Shown here one piece after another: positions 52,244 through 62,111 of a stretch of 64,000 bases of DNA (within the stretch, counting starts at the first letter, position 1; each line of letters opens with the position of its first letter). This DNA is from Oscillospiraceae bacterium. GTDB lineage: Bacteria; Bacillota; Clostridia; Oscillospirales; CAG-272. The stretch is from positions 4,980 through 68,979 of the forward strand of contig SVUA01000007.1 in the NCBI GenBank assembly GCA_015063485.1, written 5' to 3'. The position numbers and the translations under genes are program-made. The notes beneath the pieces are model-generated. The model was not told where the DNA came from. It saw only the letters and a program-made list of their open reading frames with translations, and made no database searches.

Positions 52244-53736
52244 GTGAACTTTTAAAAGCCATTGATTACAATAGTATCATAAACCGTTCGGGATCAGAGC
52301 CCGAAAATATCGATATTCTTTCGCTGAGTTGTGACTCGCGAAAGGTCTTTGACGATTCTATGTTCGTTTGTCTCCCCGGTGCTGTTGCAGACGGTCACGC
52401 TTTTGCGAGATCGGCTTACGGAGAGGGTTGCCGTATTTTCGTCGTAGAACGCGAGATACAACTCCCCGACGATGCGTTTATAATAATCACTTCCGATACG
52501 AGAACTGCTTTCGCGCGTCTTTCCGCAAAATTCTTTGGCGATCCCGCAGAAGAAATGACTATAATAGGCATCACGGGAACGAAGGGTAAGACTACCTCTT
52601 CCCTGCTTATATACGACATTCTCAACAAAAATGGAATACCTACGGGCTACATAGGCTCAAACGGTGTTTTCTTTCAGAACACCAGATTCCACACCGTAAA
52701 CACTACTCCCGAGAGCTACGATCTGCATATGCACATGAGAAAGATGCTCGATGCGGGTGTTAATACTCTCGTTATGGAGGTCTCCTCTCAAGCTCTAAAA
52801 ATGGCTCGTGTTCACGGTATAAAATTTAACATATGCGTATTCACAAACCTTTCTCCCGACCATATAGGAGAATTTGAGCATCCCGATTTTGACGACTATA
52901 AAAACTGCAAACGCTCCCTTTTCAACAATTACGGAGCAGAATATATCGTTTACAATGCCGACGATGAATACGGCGAGGAAATGGTAGCTTCAAGCAGAGC
53001 CGACAAAGCAAGTATCGCGATACGCAAAAAAGACGCGGACCTTTGCGCAGACAGAATAACTTATTTCCGCTCTCCCGGTACGATAGGCGTCAGCTTTGAA
53101 TGTACGAGACTTGGAAAGACCTTCCCTGTTGCTCTCTCCTTTCCGGGTGAATTCAGCGTGTATAACGCCCTTACCGCAATAGCAGTATGCTCCCGCATGG
53201 GACTTTCGCCCGAGGTCATCTGCAACACAATGAAGGAAACGCGTATCAAGGGCCGCTTTGAGACGTACGAGCTTCCCAACGGCGCGACCGTCGTTATCGA
53301 CTATGCGCATAACGGAGTAAGCCTTAAAGCCGCGCTTCAAGGCTTACGCACATACGAGCCGACAAGACTTATCTGCCTGTTCGGTTCTATCGGCGGACGC
53401 ACGAGAATGCGCCGTGCCGAGCTTGGTCTTGTTGCCTCGCGCGATGCCGACTTCTGTATTCTGACATCGGACAACCCCGACAATGAGCCGCCTGCGGCTA
53501 TCATCAGTGAGATAGCCTCTTATTTCACCGCGGGTTCTTGCCCTTACGTCGCTATCCCCGACAGAAAACAAGCTATCGAATACGCCCTCTCGCACTCCGA
53601 AAAGGGCGATATAATCCTGCTTGCAGGCAAGGGACACGAGACTTACCAGACAGTATGCGGTGTCCGTCTCGATTTTAGCGAAGCTGAAATAGTTTCGGAT
53701 TACGCGCACGAATTTGCTAACGATAATCTTTCTTAA
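52234..53736 (+). CDS. murE: UDP-MurNAc-dipeptide:diamino acid ligase (variant specificity motif)
   Basis: GITGTKGKTT, NTTPE, MEVSS, DYAHN, DNPD, AGKGHE. Confidence 0.9.
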   Translation: MLLSELLKAIDYNSIINRSGSEPENIDILSLSCDSRKVFDDSMFVCLPGAVADGHAFARSAYGEGCRIFVVEREIQLPDDAFIIITSDTRTAFARLSAKFFGDPAEEMTIIGITGTKGKTTSSLLIYDILNKNGIPTGYIGSNGVFFQNTRFHTVNTTPESYDLHMHMRKMLDAGVNTLVMEVSSQALKMARVHGIKFNICVFTNLSPDHIGEFEHPDFDDYKNCKRSLFNNYGAEYIVYNADDEYGEEMVASSRADKASIAIRKKDADLCADRITYFRSPGTIGVSFECTRLGKTFPVALSFPGEFSVYNALTAIAVCSRMGLSPEVICNTMKETRIKGRFETYELPNGATVVIDYAHNGVSLKAALQGLRTYEPTRLICLFGSIGGRTRMRRAELGLVASRDADFCILTSDNPDNEPPAAIISEIASYFTAGSCPYVAIPDRKQAIEYALSHSEKGDIILLAGKGHETYQTVCGVRLDFSEAEIVSDYAHEFANDNLS

Positions 53737-53744
53737 CATAATTT

Positions 53745-53780
53745 AAAAAATCCATCGGATCATCGATCCGATGGATTTTT
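53745..53780. terminator. Bidirectional terminator
   Basis: AAAAATCCATCGGATC-ATC-GATCCGATGGATTTTT. Confidence 0.75.
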
Positions 53781-53789
53781 ATTATCATA

Positions 53790-54488
53790 TTACTCCGCTT
53801 CCTTTTCAATCGTATCGGCAAATCGGAAGCCCGCCGTCTCGCTTACGGGGAGCGAGAATACGAGCGCGTGCGCCTTTGAATCAACGCCCGCTTTTTGCAT
53901 GATAGCCTTCATTATATCCTTCTTCTTATCAACGTTTGAAACGATAAAGACTATCTCCTTCTCCTCCGCAAGTGTAACGCCAAGGAACTTTTCAGCTCCC
54001 GCTACCGTTCCTTTTGCTCGGATAGTCGTTCCGCCTCGCGCGCCCGCCTCGCGCGCCGCATCCATTACAAGATCGGTATATCCCTTTTCATATATTGCCA
54101 TTATAAGCTCGTGTTCTGATTCGTATTTCATTTCCGTTTCCTCCGTTTCGGGAGCACGCTCCTGCCCCTCGGTAAAATATTCAAAGGTCCTCATTCCGCC
54201 CATTCCCGAAAGAGCAACAGCCATTGCGACTCCTCTGTCGGGAAGGTCTATCTTCATTTTTTTCGTAAGCAACCTCTTGAGCTTTCTCATCGTGCTTCCC
54301 GTTATTATCGAGAAAAGCATAGTCTTTTCAGTCTTTTCTATTCCCAAAAGGCTCAAGGTCTTTTCGTGCGCAGTGCCGTTGCACTGCGTTGAATATATAA
54401 GCGAAACTCCGTTTTCGCGGTAAAAATTTTCATACTCTTCAGTATCGTCACGCTTTACTATCGTGATCCAAAAAAACAGATCCTTCAT
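53790..54488 (-). CDS. Tandem PII-like (GlnB-like) protein
   Basis: Two PII-like halves; VMDAAREAGARGGT, FSLPV. Confidence 0.8.
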   Translation of the reverse strand: MKDLFFWITIVKRDDTEEYENFYRENGVSLIYSTQCNGTAHEKTLSLLGIEKTEKTMLFSIITGSTMRKLKRLLTKKMKIDLPDRGVAMAVALSGMGGMRTFEYFTEGQERAPETEETEMKYESEHELIMAIYEKGYTDLVMDAAREAGARGGTTIRAKGTVAGAEKFLGVTLAEEKEIVFIVSNVDKKKDIMKAIMQKAGVDSKAHALVFSLPVSETAGFRFADTIEKEAE

Positions 54489-54500
54489 TCTCTACCTCCG

Positions 54501-56057
54501 TTAAAATTCAATGATGTCGTCATCGGTTACAGGGGTCGTATTTTCCGCAACAATAGGTTCTTCTATAACGTCTTCCTCTGTCAATGCGATCTTCGCGCGG
54601 CTCTGCTTTATCCTGAATACAAGACCAAGTATCTGTATAGCTATAAGAGGAGTCATCGCTACCATAGCCACAACGCCAAACGCGTCCTCGACTATATTTC
54701 CTCCAACTGCCGTACAAGCTCCTACCGCAAAGGGCAAAAGGAAGGTCGCCGTCATAGGTCCTGACGCTACTCCGCCTGAGTCAAAGGCAATAGACGTAAA
54801 TATATCAGGAACGAAAAATGTCAATATCAATGCTATTGCGTATCCCGGAACGAGTATGTAAAGTATCGGTATTTGCAAAAGCACACGCAACATAGCGATA
54901 CCGACCGAAACGGCAACGCCCAAGGACAACGCCAGTGAAAGCATTTTACCTGGGATAGCTCCCTCCGTCTCGCTCTCGACCTGCTTTGTAAGAACATGGA
55001 CCGCAGGCTCTGCCGCAACGATAAAGTAACCTATAAGCATACCGAGAGGTATTATTATCCACTTAAGATCGGTATCTGCTATCGCCTCTCCGAGATAATT
55101 ACCAATAGGCATAAAGCCTACGTTTACGCCCGTTAAGAAGATAACGAGTCCAATATACGTATATACTACGCCAACGAGTATCTTTCCAAGTCCGCCCGAC
55201 TTTGCACCGCCGCTTAACGCACGGAAAATAAGAAAGAAGATAACTATCGGTCCGACGGCTATCGCGACCTCTTTCATGTAATGAGGCAAAGCCTCCACAA
55301 AGGTAAAAACGATTTCACGCGAGTTTTGTAAAGCGGGAGCATCATAAACCGAAGGCTCTGCCTCACCGCCGCCCGTAATAAGTCCGAGTATCATAACGGC
55401 GAGTATCGGTCCTACCGAGCAAAGCGCGACAAGTCCGAAGGAGTCATTACTTCCGTCGTCAGAACGAATAGAGGCAACACCGACTCCGAGCGCCATTATA
55501 AACGGTACGGTCATAGGCCCTGTCGTTACTCCGCCCGAGTCAAAGGAAACTGCGAGGAAATTTCTCGGTATAAATACCGCAAGTATAAATACAACAAGAT
55601 AAAAACCTATCAAAAGGTATTTTAAGCGTACGCGAAAGAGTATTCTTAAAAGCGCTATAACGAGCATTATTCCAACCCCAAGCGCGACAGACAATATCAA
55701 AGCGTAGTTGTCAATAGACGTCAACTGATTTGCAAGAACAGTCAGATCGGGCTCGGATATCGTTATCATTACTCCGACGATAAATGAAACAAGAACTATG
55801 ACCCATACTTTTCTTGTAGACGTCATTTTCGCGCCGACGTATTCTCCCATCGGAGTCATCGCGGTCTCCGCGCCAAGAGTAAACAAACTCATTCCGAGTA
55901 TAAGCAATACCGCGCCGATAACGAACGACAGAAGCATTTCCGCGGTCACGGGAAAAAAGGTCACGAGTAAAAGTAACACTATTGCCGATACGGGAAGAAC
56001 AGATGAAAGCGCCTCTGATATCTTTTCGCGAAGTATCGTTTGTTTAAAAAGCTTCAC
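54501..56057 (-). CDS. Tandem DUF1538 membrane protein
   Basis: Duplicated (S/A)EP, FDSGGV..GPMT, FG.VA motifs; GTG start. Confidence 0.85.
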   Translation of the reverse strand: MKLFKQTILREKISEALSSVLPVSAIVLLLLVTFFPVTAEMLLSFVIGAVLLILGMSLFTLGAETAMTPMGEYVGAKMTSTRKVWVIVLVSFIVGVMITISEPDLTVLANQLTSIDNYALILSVALGVGIMLVIALLRILFRVRLKYLLIGFYLVVFILAVFIPRNFLAVSFDSGGVTTGPMTVPFIMALGVGVASIRSDDGSNDSFGLVALCSVGPILAVMILGLITGGGEAEPSVYDAPALQNSREIVFTFVEALPHYMKEVAIAVGPIVIFFLIFRALSGGAKSGGLGKILVGVVYTYIGLVIFLTGVNVGFMPIGNYLGEAIADTDLKWIIIPLGMLIGYFIVAAEPAVHVLTKQVESETEGAIPGKMLSLALSLGVAVSVGIAMLRVLLQIPILYILVPGYAIALILTFFVPDIFTSIAFDSGGVASGPMTATFLLPFAVGACTAVGGNIVEDAFGVVAMVAMTPLIAIQILGLVFRIKQSRAKIALTEEDVIEEPIVAENTTPVTDDDIIEF

Positions 56058-56227
56058 GGCATATTCCTTTCATATTAATTAAAAAACATTACTTTTTCAT
56101 TATAGCATATGATCCTAATAATATCAATATCTTTCCCGAAAAATTCATCATTTGTTTCAAAACGAATTGACAACGCAAACCTTGTGTGATATAATATTTT
56201 TGATCATTACGAAAAGGAGACATCTGC

Positions 56228-56671
56228 ATGGACGCTCTTGATAAAGCCATACTCGTCTGTCTCTCCGAGAACTCTCGAATGACGGCATCGGCTATCGGAA
56301 AACGTGTAAGACTTTCTGTATCCTCTGTTACCGAGCGCATAAAAAAACTTGAAGAAAGCGGTGTTATAGAACGTTATACCTTGCTCGTTGACGGAGAGGC
56401 TATAAACTGTAATACAGAAGCGTATTTAGAGGTCACTCTTGAAAATTCCTCGTACGGTGAAAGCTTTGCTTCCCTTGCCTGCTCTTGCTCCGAAATATTG
56501 CGATGCGATCTTATGGCAATAGAATACGATTACCTTTTATTTGTAAATTGCGACGGCGTGACCGCGCTTGATACGTTAAGAACGAAGCTGTCTAATCTTC
56601 ACGGAGTAAAAGGAATAAGGGTTCGCCCTGTTTTGCGCCGACACAAAAGAAGCACCTCGCCTCTCGTATAA
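56228..56671 (+). CDS. Lrp/AsnC-family regulator
   Basis: MDALDKAIL..L.ENSR...ERIKKLEESGVI..Y. Confidence 0.88.
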   Translation: MDALDKAILVCLSENSRMTASAIGKRVRLSVSSVTERIKKLEESGVIERYTLLVDGEAINCNTEAYLEVTLENSSYGESFASLACSCSEILRCDLMAIEYDYLLFVNCDGVTALDTLRTKLSNLHGVKGIRVRPVLRRHKRSTSPLV

Positions 56672-56751
56672 AAAACGCTCCGCATAAAAAAAGCGGACAT
56701 TTCATAATCTTTAATATAAAAATCACTTGTTGAAAGGACTTGCTATCTACT

Positions 56752-57594
56752 ATGAAAAATCTTGGATATTATAACGGAAAGATCGATACTATCGAAAATA
56801 TGACGATACCTATGAATGACCGTGCTTGTTATTTTGGCGACGGCATATACGAGGTAACCTATGCGAGAAACCATAAAATGTATTGCCTTGACGAGCATTT
56901 GGACAGAATGTACAGAAGCGCGGCTAAACTCGGTATAAAAGTTCCGCTTTCAAAAGAGGAATTTGTCGAGCTTCTCTACGATCTTGTAAATCGAGTTGAC
57001 GCTGACGAGCAGATCATATATTGGCAGATAAGCCGCGGAACTGCGTTCAGAATACACGCGCCCAAAGAGGAGCTTACCGCTAACGTATTTATAAACATTC
57101 GTCCGATGACGATAAAAGACACTTATAAGCCTATGAAGCTTATCACTATGGAGGACACTCGTTTCCTTCACTGTGACATAAAGACCATCAACCTTATTCC
57201 CGCCGTTATGGCATCTATCAAGGCACAAGAAATGGGAGTTGACGAGACTGTTTTCCACAGAGGAGAGTTCGTTACGGAATGCGCGCACTCAAACGTTTCT
57301 ATTATCCGTGCGGACGGCGCATTGCAGACCGCTCCCGCCGATAACAAGATACTTGAGGGAATCGCGAGAGGAAATCTTATCAAGTTCTGCAAGAAATTCG
57401 GCGTTCCCGTAATTGAGGAAGCATTTACGCTCGACGAAATGATGAATGCTGCCGAGATAATCGTTACCGCCTCGGGTACGCTCTGCGCTCCCGCAAGTGA
57501 AGTAAACGGCATCAAGGTCGGCGGAAAAGCCCCCGAGCTTTTGAAAAAACTTCAGGACGCGCTTGTCGGAGATTTTATTGAAAAGACGAATTGA
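56752..57594 (+). CDS. dat: D-amino acid aminotransferase (class IV PLP)
   Basis: DRACYFGDGIYE, CDIKTINL, TECAHSNV, ILEGIAR. Confidence 0.8.
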   Translation: MKNLGYYNGKIDTIENMTIPMNDRACYFGDGIYEVTYARNHKMYCLDEHLDRMYRSAAKLGIKVPLSKEEFVELLYDLVNRVDADEQIIYWQISRGTAFRIHAPKEELTANVFINIRPMTIKDTYKPMKLITMEDTRFLHCDIKTINLIPAVMASIKAQEMGVDETVFHRGEFVTECAHSNVSIIRADGALQTAPADNKILEGIARGNLIKFCKKFGVPVIEEAFTLDEMMNAAEIIVTASGTLCAPASEVNGIKVGGKAPELLKKLQDALVGDFIEKTN

Positions 57595-57743
57595 ACAACA
57601 TAAAAAGCTGGATGAAAATTCAGCTTTTTTATTATTTTGGACAGGCGTCCGCATTTGCTTTGCAAATTGACTGTCCGTTCCGATCATCAAAAAAGCGGAG
57701 CGGTCATAGACCGCTCCGCAAAGTTTTATTTCAAATTATTAAA

Positions 57744-58745
57744 TCAATCGTCTTTTCTCTTCTTGCAGATAACTGCGACAGAAGTACCTACTGTTGCAAC
57801 AAGAGCGATTCCCGTGATAGCGATGGAAGATCCGCAACCCTTCTTCTCTGCTGCGGGAGCAGCGGTAGTAGTAGCTGCTGCCTTTGTAGTCTCGGGAGCC
57901 TTGGTGGTCTCGGGAGCCTTGGTGGTCTCGGGAGCTTTGGTGGTCTCGGGAGCGGTGGTCGTCGCCGGAGCTTTTATAACATCGCCGACAGCACCCTTAT
58001 AGATCTTTACGTCCTTAACGGTAGTATCAACTACTGCGTAATAAGCATAAGTAGCAAAGCCCATGGTCGTATCTTTATCAAAAGTAAAGTTCTGTGTTTC
58101 TATAAGCTGAGCAGTGCCGTCCTTGGCAACGTAATATCCCATAAACTTGCCCGTGGGTCCGTGGTAGCTAAGAGCCATCGTTATATATCCGTCAGCATCG
58201 GTTGCAGGCTGCTTAGCGAGAGTACTCCACATAACATAGTTGGATGCTATTTTATCGGGATCCGACAAAGAAGAACGATATTGCGCTGTTGCAACAGAGT
58301 TGTGACGCGCATAATTGCAGTAGAATATAGGCTCGTCTTTAGCATCAAGTCCCGTATCGGCAAGGTATACACCGCCGACTGCAATAGAGTTATTGCCGTC
58401 TGCAACAGCCTTAGCGTTTACCTTATAAGTCATGGTGTAATAGGTTTTATCAGTTACGGCAAGTCCTTCAATCTTGCCACCCCAATAGTTTCTTGTTTTG
58501 TCAGTCCCTTTTCCCTTAACGGTAAGAGCAGTTCCGTCCGAACTTACGGTATAAGTCATATTACGAACAGTACCAAGATCCTTGGGCTTAAACGCATCGT
58601 CGCCCTTGAAGTTGACGGTGTAAAGAAGATCTCCCATAGCCGCAGAGTCGTAACTCTTAACGGGAGAAGCGGTTGCCGCAGAAACGGCAAATGCTGTGCC
58701 CATAACAAGCATCAGCGCGATCAATGCTACCAATAATTTTTTCAT
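57744..58745 (-). CDS. Secreted surface protein with Thr-rich linker and C-terminal membrane anchor
   Basis: MKKLLVALIALMLVMGTAFAVSA signal peptide; (APETTK)x4; KKGCGSS-TM-KKRKDD tail. Confidence 0.85.
   Translation of the reverse strand: MKKLLVALIALMLVMGTAFAVSAATASPVKSYDSAAMGDLLYTVNFKGDDAFKPKDLGTVRNMTYTVSSDGTALTVKGKGTDKTRNYWGGKIEGLAVTDKTYYTMTYKVNAKAVADGNNSIAVGGVYLADTGLDAKDEPIFYCNYARHNSVATAQYRSSLSDPDKIASNYVMWSTLAKQPATDADGYITMALSYHGPTGKFMGYYVAKDGTAQLIETQNFTFDKDTTMGFATYAYYAVVDTTVKDVKIYKGAVGDVIKAPATTTAPETTKAPETTKAPETTKAPETTKAAATTTAAPAAEKKGCGSSIAITGIALVATVGTSVAVICKKRKDD
57882..57953. repeat. 18-bp coding tandem repeat x4 (APETTK)
   Basis: CTTGGTGGTCTCGGGAGC units. Confidence 0.9.
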
Positions 58746-59037
58746 GATAGATTTTTCCTTTCTTGTGGTATATTTTTTGACACTTTATTTAAGCATATGT
58801 GCCTTATGTACTAATAATAGCACAAAAAACATAGAATGTCAATACAAATAGCACAAACAACTTATTAATATCTTATTTTTGACGTTTTGCACAAAACACT
58901 TATGCGCTCAAACCGATCATTTCAAAGCAAAGACCCGCTTTCCATGTCTTTTTATGACAGGAAAGCGGATCTTTTTTACTTTTTTACTTTTTTTGTATAT
59001 TTTACAATTTGCCGAAAACAAAAGGTCTCTAAATATT

Positions 59038-59214
59038 TTATCCTTTTTTTGAATGACACGTGTCACTCATGGCACAACCGCCGCAAGAGCAGCCGCAGGA
59101 GCAAGAGCTCTTGCCTTTTTTCTTGTTTCTTACCATATTGACTATTATCGCAGCTATAACACCTGCCAATATTACGCAAATAACAGCCGTAATTATTATA
59201 TCCTTAATAAGCAT
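59038..59214 (-). CDS. FeoB-associated Cys-rich membrane protein
   Basis: Hand-translated 58 aa MLIKDIIITAVICVILAGVIAAIIVNMVRNKKKGKSSCSCGCSCGGCAMSDTCHSKKG; GAAAGGAG RBS. Confidence 0.85.
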   Translation of the reverse strand: MLIKDIIITAVICVILAGVIAAIIVNMVRNKKKGKSSCSCGCSCGGCAMSDTCHSKKG

Positions 59215-59336
59215 CTTCTGCTCCTTTCAATGAATTGGGGGCGCGATTTTAATAATTTTAATAAAAGATAAATTGCGGTTTATCGGGGAGCATGAAATAT
59301 TGAAATGGCGAGATTAAAAGTGAACGTTTAGAACCC

Positions 59337-59465
59337 GAGGCTTCTCCAGCGGAGAAGCTGTCGCGTTAGCGACTGATGAGGAGAACACCTTTTTGTTTAT
59401 ACTTTATTTGATCTCCTCATCCGTCACTCGTAAACTCGTGCCACCTTCTCCGCTGGAGAAGGCTC
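59337..59465. repeat. REP/MITE-like palindromic element
   Basis: Imperfect inverted arms CTTCTCCAGCGGAGAAG...GATGAGGAGA / TCTCCTCATC...CTTCTCCGCTGGAGAAG around an AT-rich spacer. Confidence 0.7.
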
Positions 59466-59537
59466 TTGGTTGTATACGTCTCATTTTTACGTAACCGTTT
59501 TGTTAAATCAAACTTCCCGATAAATCAAAATTTGAAA

Positions 59538-62024
59538 TTAAACCTTTACCTTATTTCCTTTTATGTCCTTTGCGGGTCTTACGAGAAGATAAGCGATAAC
59601 TACGATAACCGCAACTGCGCCCACAAGTCCTATGATATTAAGCGCGGTAGCTGTAAACGCTCCCGTAATGAGAAGCGTCGCCTGATATGCGATAAGAGCC
59701 ATTGCGTACGCAAATGCGCATTGATAGATTATCGCAAATGCCGTCCACTTAAAGCTGTTCATCTCACGTCTTATAGCTCCCATAGCCGCAAAACAGGGGG
59801 CGCAAAGAAGGTTGAACACGAGGAAGGAAAGCCCGCTTGCGTAAATAAACGAGTTTGCTATTCCCTCCATACCGCCGTAAACGATCCCCATCGTCGCGAC
59901 GATATTTTCTTTAGCTATAAAGCCTGTAATAGCCGCGATAGCCTTTTGCCATGTGCCAAAGCCGAGAGGAGCAAATATCCACGCTATTCCTTTTCCTATG
60001 TAAGCCAAAATACTGTTAGATACCTCTGCTTCGGTAAGCATACGGAAGCTTCCGTCAACAAATCCGAAGTAGGTAGTAAACCAAATAATTACCGACGAGA
60101 GCAAAATGACCGTTCCCGCCTTTTTAATGAACGACCAACCGCGCTCCCACATACTGTAAAGCACATTCTTTAGTGTAGGCATATGATACGCGGGAAGCTC
60201 CATAACGAAGGTCGCCGCCTCGCCTGTAAATATCTTCGTCTTTTTAAGAATGATACCCGAAATAACTACCGCCACGATTCCTATAAAGTACGCCGACGGA
60301 GCTACCCACCACGCGCCTCCAAAAACCGCACCCGCGATCATAGCGATAAACGGAAGCTTTGCTCCGCAAGGGATAAAGGTAGTGGTTATTATCGTCATTC
60401 GGCGATCTCGAACGTTTTCTATCGTTCTTGATGCCATGATACCCGGAACGCTGCACCCCGTACCGATAAGCATGGGGATAAAGGATTTACCCGAAAGACC
60501 TAATTTGCGGAATATCCTATCCATAACGAACGCTATTCTCGACATATATCCGCAAGCCTCAAGGAATGCAAGGAATATAAACAGAACGAGCATCTGCGGA
60601 ACGAAGCCAAGCACCGCGCCGACTCCCGCGACTATACCGTCAAGGATAAGACCCGAAAGCCATTCAGGACACTCGAACGTTGAAAGTCCCATCTCTACGA
60701 GTGCGGGAACTCCCATTACCCATACGCCGTACTCCGTGGGATCGGGAGCAACAAAGCCGTAAGACGTATAAATTACTGCCGCTTCTTTAAGCTCCGCGCC
60801 CGTTGAAGTCATCTGCTCTTCAAGAAGCGTTCCCTCGTCAATGACGGTGTAGGTAAACTCATAATCATCGGGAATGGGCGCAACGGCGGAATCAAGAAGT
60901 GACTTTGCCGTCTCTGCATTAAAGACAGCCGACTCTGTATCAAGCGCTATGGAAAGCACTTTGGCATCGGTAGCCTCTATAAATCCGTTTACAACTGCGG
61001 AAGCAGACTCGAATTCCTCTGCCTTCTCGGAGTATCCGTCGTCTATTCCAAACAGGTGAAAGCCGTCGCCAAACAATTTGTCGTTAGTCCAGTCGGTAAC
61101 GAGAGTTCCTACCGTCGTAACAGAGATAAAGTAAACAAGGAACATTATTGCCGCAAATATGGGGAGCGCTAACCATCTGTTCGTTACTACCTTGTCTATT
61201 TTATCGGAGGTCGTAAGCCTTTCGATACTTTTCTTCCTGTAACAACCCTTTAATATAGACGCTATGTAATCGTATCTTTCATTGATTATGATAGATTCCG
61301 CATCATCGTCCATATCGTTCTCGACCTTTACGATATCCTTTTCTATATGAACAAGCTTTTCTTTATCAAGCTTTAATTGCTCGATAACTCTTTCGTCTCG
61401 CTCGAATATCTTTATGGCGTACCATCTCTGTTGCTCGTCGGGAAGCGAGTGTACCGCCGCCTCCTCGATATGCGCGATGGCGTGTTCAAGAGAGCCCGAA
61501 AAGACGTGAGCAGGCTCTGCCTTTCCGTTTTTAGCCGCTTCTATCGCAAGTTCCGCAGCCTCAAAGATCCCGTCCTCCTTGAGTGCGGATATCTCGACGA
61601 TACCGCATCCAAGCTTGCGCGAAAGCTCGTCAACGTTTATGTTGTCCCCTCTCTTTCGTACAACGTCCATCATGTTGATGGCGATAACGACGGGAATACC
61701 AAGCTCCATAAGCTGTGTGGTAAGGTAGAGGTTTCTTTCAAGATTCGTTCCGTCTACTATATTAAGTATAGCATCGGGGCGCTCTCCTACAAGGTAATTA
61801 CGCGCCACTACCTCCTCAAGCGTATACGGAGAAAGCGAGTATATACCCGGAAGGTCGGTGATAATGACTCCGTCGTATTTTTTCATACTTCCTTCTTTTT
61901 TCTCAACCGTAACTCCGGGCCAGTTTCCAACGAATTGGTTTGAACCCGTAAGCGCGTTAAAGAGGGTCGTTTTTCCGCAGTTCGGATTTCCTGCCAAAGC
62001 AATTTTCAATTTAGTTTCTGCCAT
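59538..62024 (-). CDS. feoB: Ferrous iron transporter FeoB
   Basis: GNPNCGKTT, NWPGVTVE, DLPGIYSL, GCSVP, CAPC. Confidence 0.96.
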   Translation of the reverse strand: MAETKLKIALAGNPNCGKTTLFNALTGSNQFVGNWPGVTVEKKEGSMKKYDGVIITDLPGIYSLSPYTLEEVVARNYLVGERPDAILNIVDGTNLERNLYLTTQLMELGIPVVIAINMMDVVRKRGDNINVDELSRKLGCGIVEISALKEDGIFEAAELAIEAAKNGKAEPAHVFSGSLEHAIAHIEEAAVHSLPDEQQRWYAIKIFERDERVIEQLKLDKEKLVHIEKDIVKVENDMDDDAESIIINERYDYIASILKGCYRKKSIERLTTSDKIDKVVTNRWLALPIFAAIMFLVYFISVTTVGTLVTDWTNDKLFGDGFHLFGIDDGYSEKAEEFESASAVVNGFIEATDAKVLSIALDTESAVFNAETAKSLLDSAVAPIPDDYEFTYTVIDEGTLLEEQMTSTGAELKEAAVIYTSYGFVAPDPTEYGVWVMGVPALVEMGLSTFECPEWLSGLILDGIVAGVGAVLGFVPQMLVLFIFLAFLEACGYMSRIAFVMDRIFRKLGLSGKSFIPMLIGTGCSVPGIMASRTIENVRDRRMTIITTTFIPCGAKLPFIAMIAGAVFGGAWWVAPSAYFIGIVAVVISGIILKKTKIFTGEAATFVMELPAYHMPTLKNVLYSMWERGWSFIKKAGTVILLSSVIIWFTTYFGFVDGSFRMLTEAEVSNSILAYIGKGIAWIFAPLGFGTWQKAIAAITGFIAKENIVATMGIVYGGMEGIANSFIYASGLSFLVFNLLCAPCFAAMGAIRREMNSFKWTAFAIIYQCAFAYAMALIAYQATLLITGAFTATALNIIGLVGAVAVIVVIAYLLVRPAKDIKGNKVKV

Positions 62025-62050
62025 TTCAAAGTTCCTTTCAAAGCCAGTCG

Positions 62051-62066
62051 GTTAGCGTAAGCTAAC
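62051..62066. promoter_or_regulatory. DtxR/MntR-type operator (internal, before feoB)
   Basis: GTTAGC-GTAA-GCTAAC. Confidence 0.65.
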
Positions 62067-62111
62067 TCGTGTCCTAAAAAAATTAACGGGTCTGTTCCCC
62101 ACCGCCAAAGA

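Noticed and set aside
57591-58736. 381-aa plus-strand ORF with GSLGGL repeats
   Set aside because: Antisense to the signal-peptide-bearing surface protein
59053-59271. 72-aa plus-strand ORF
   Set aside because: Opposite the better supported Cys-rich FeoB-associated gene
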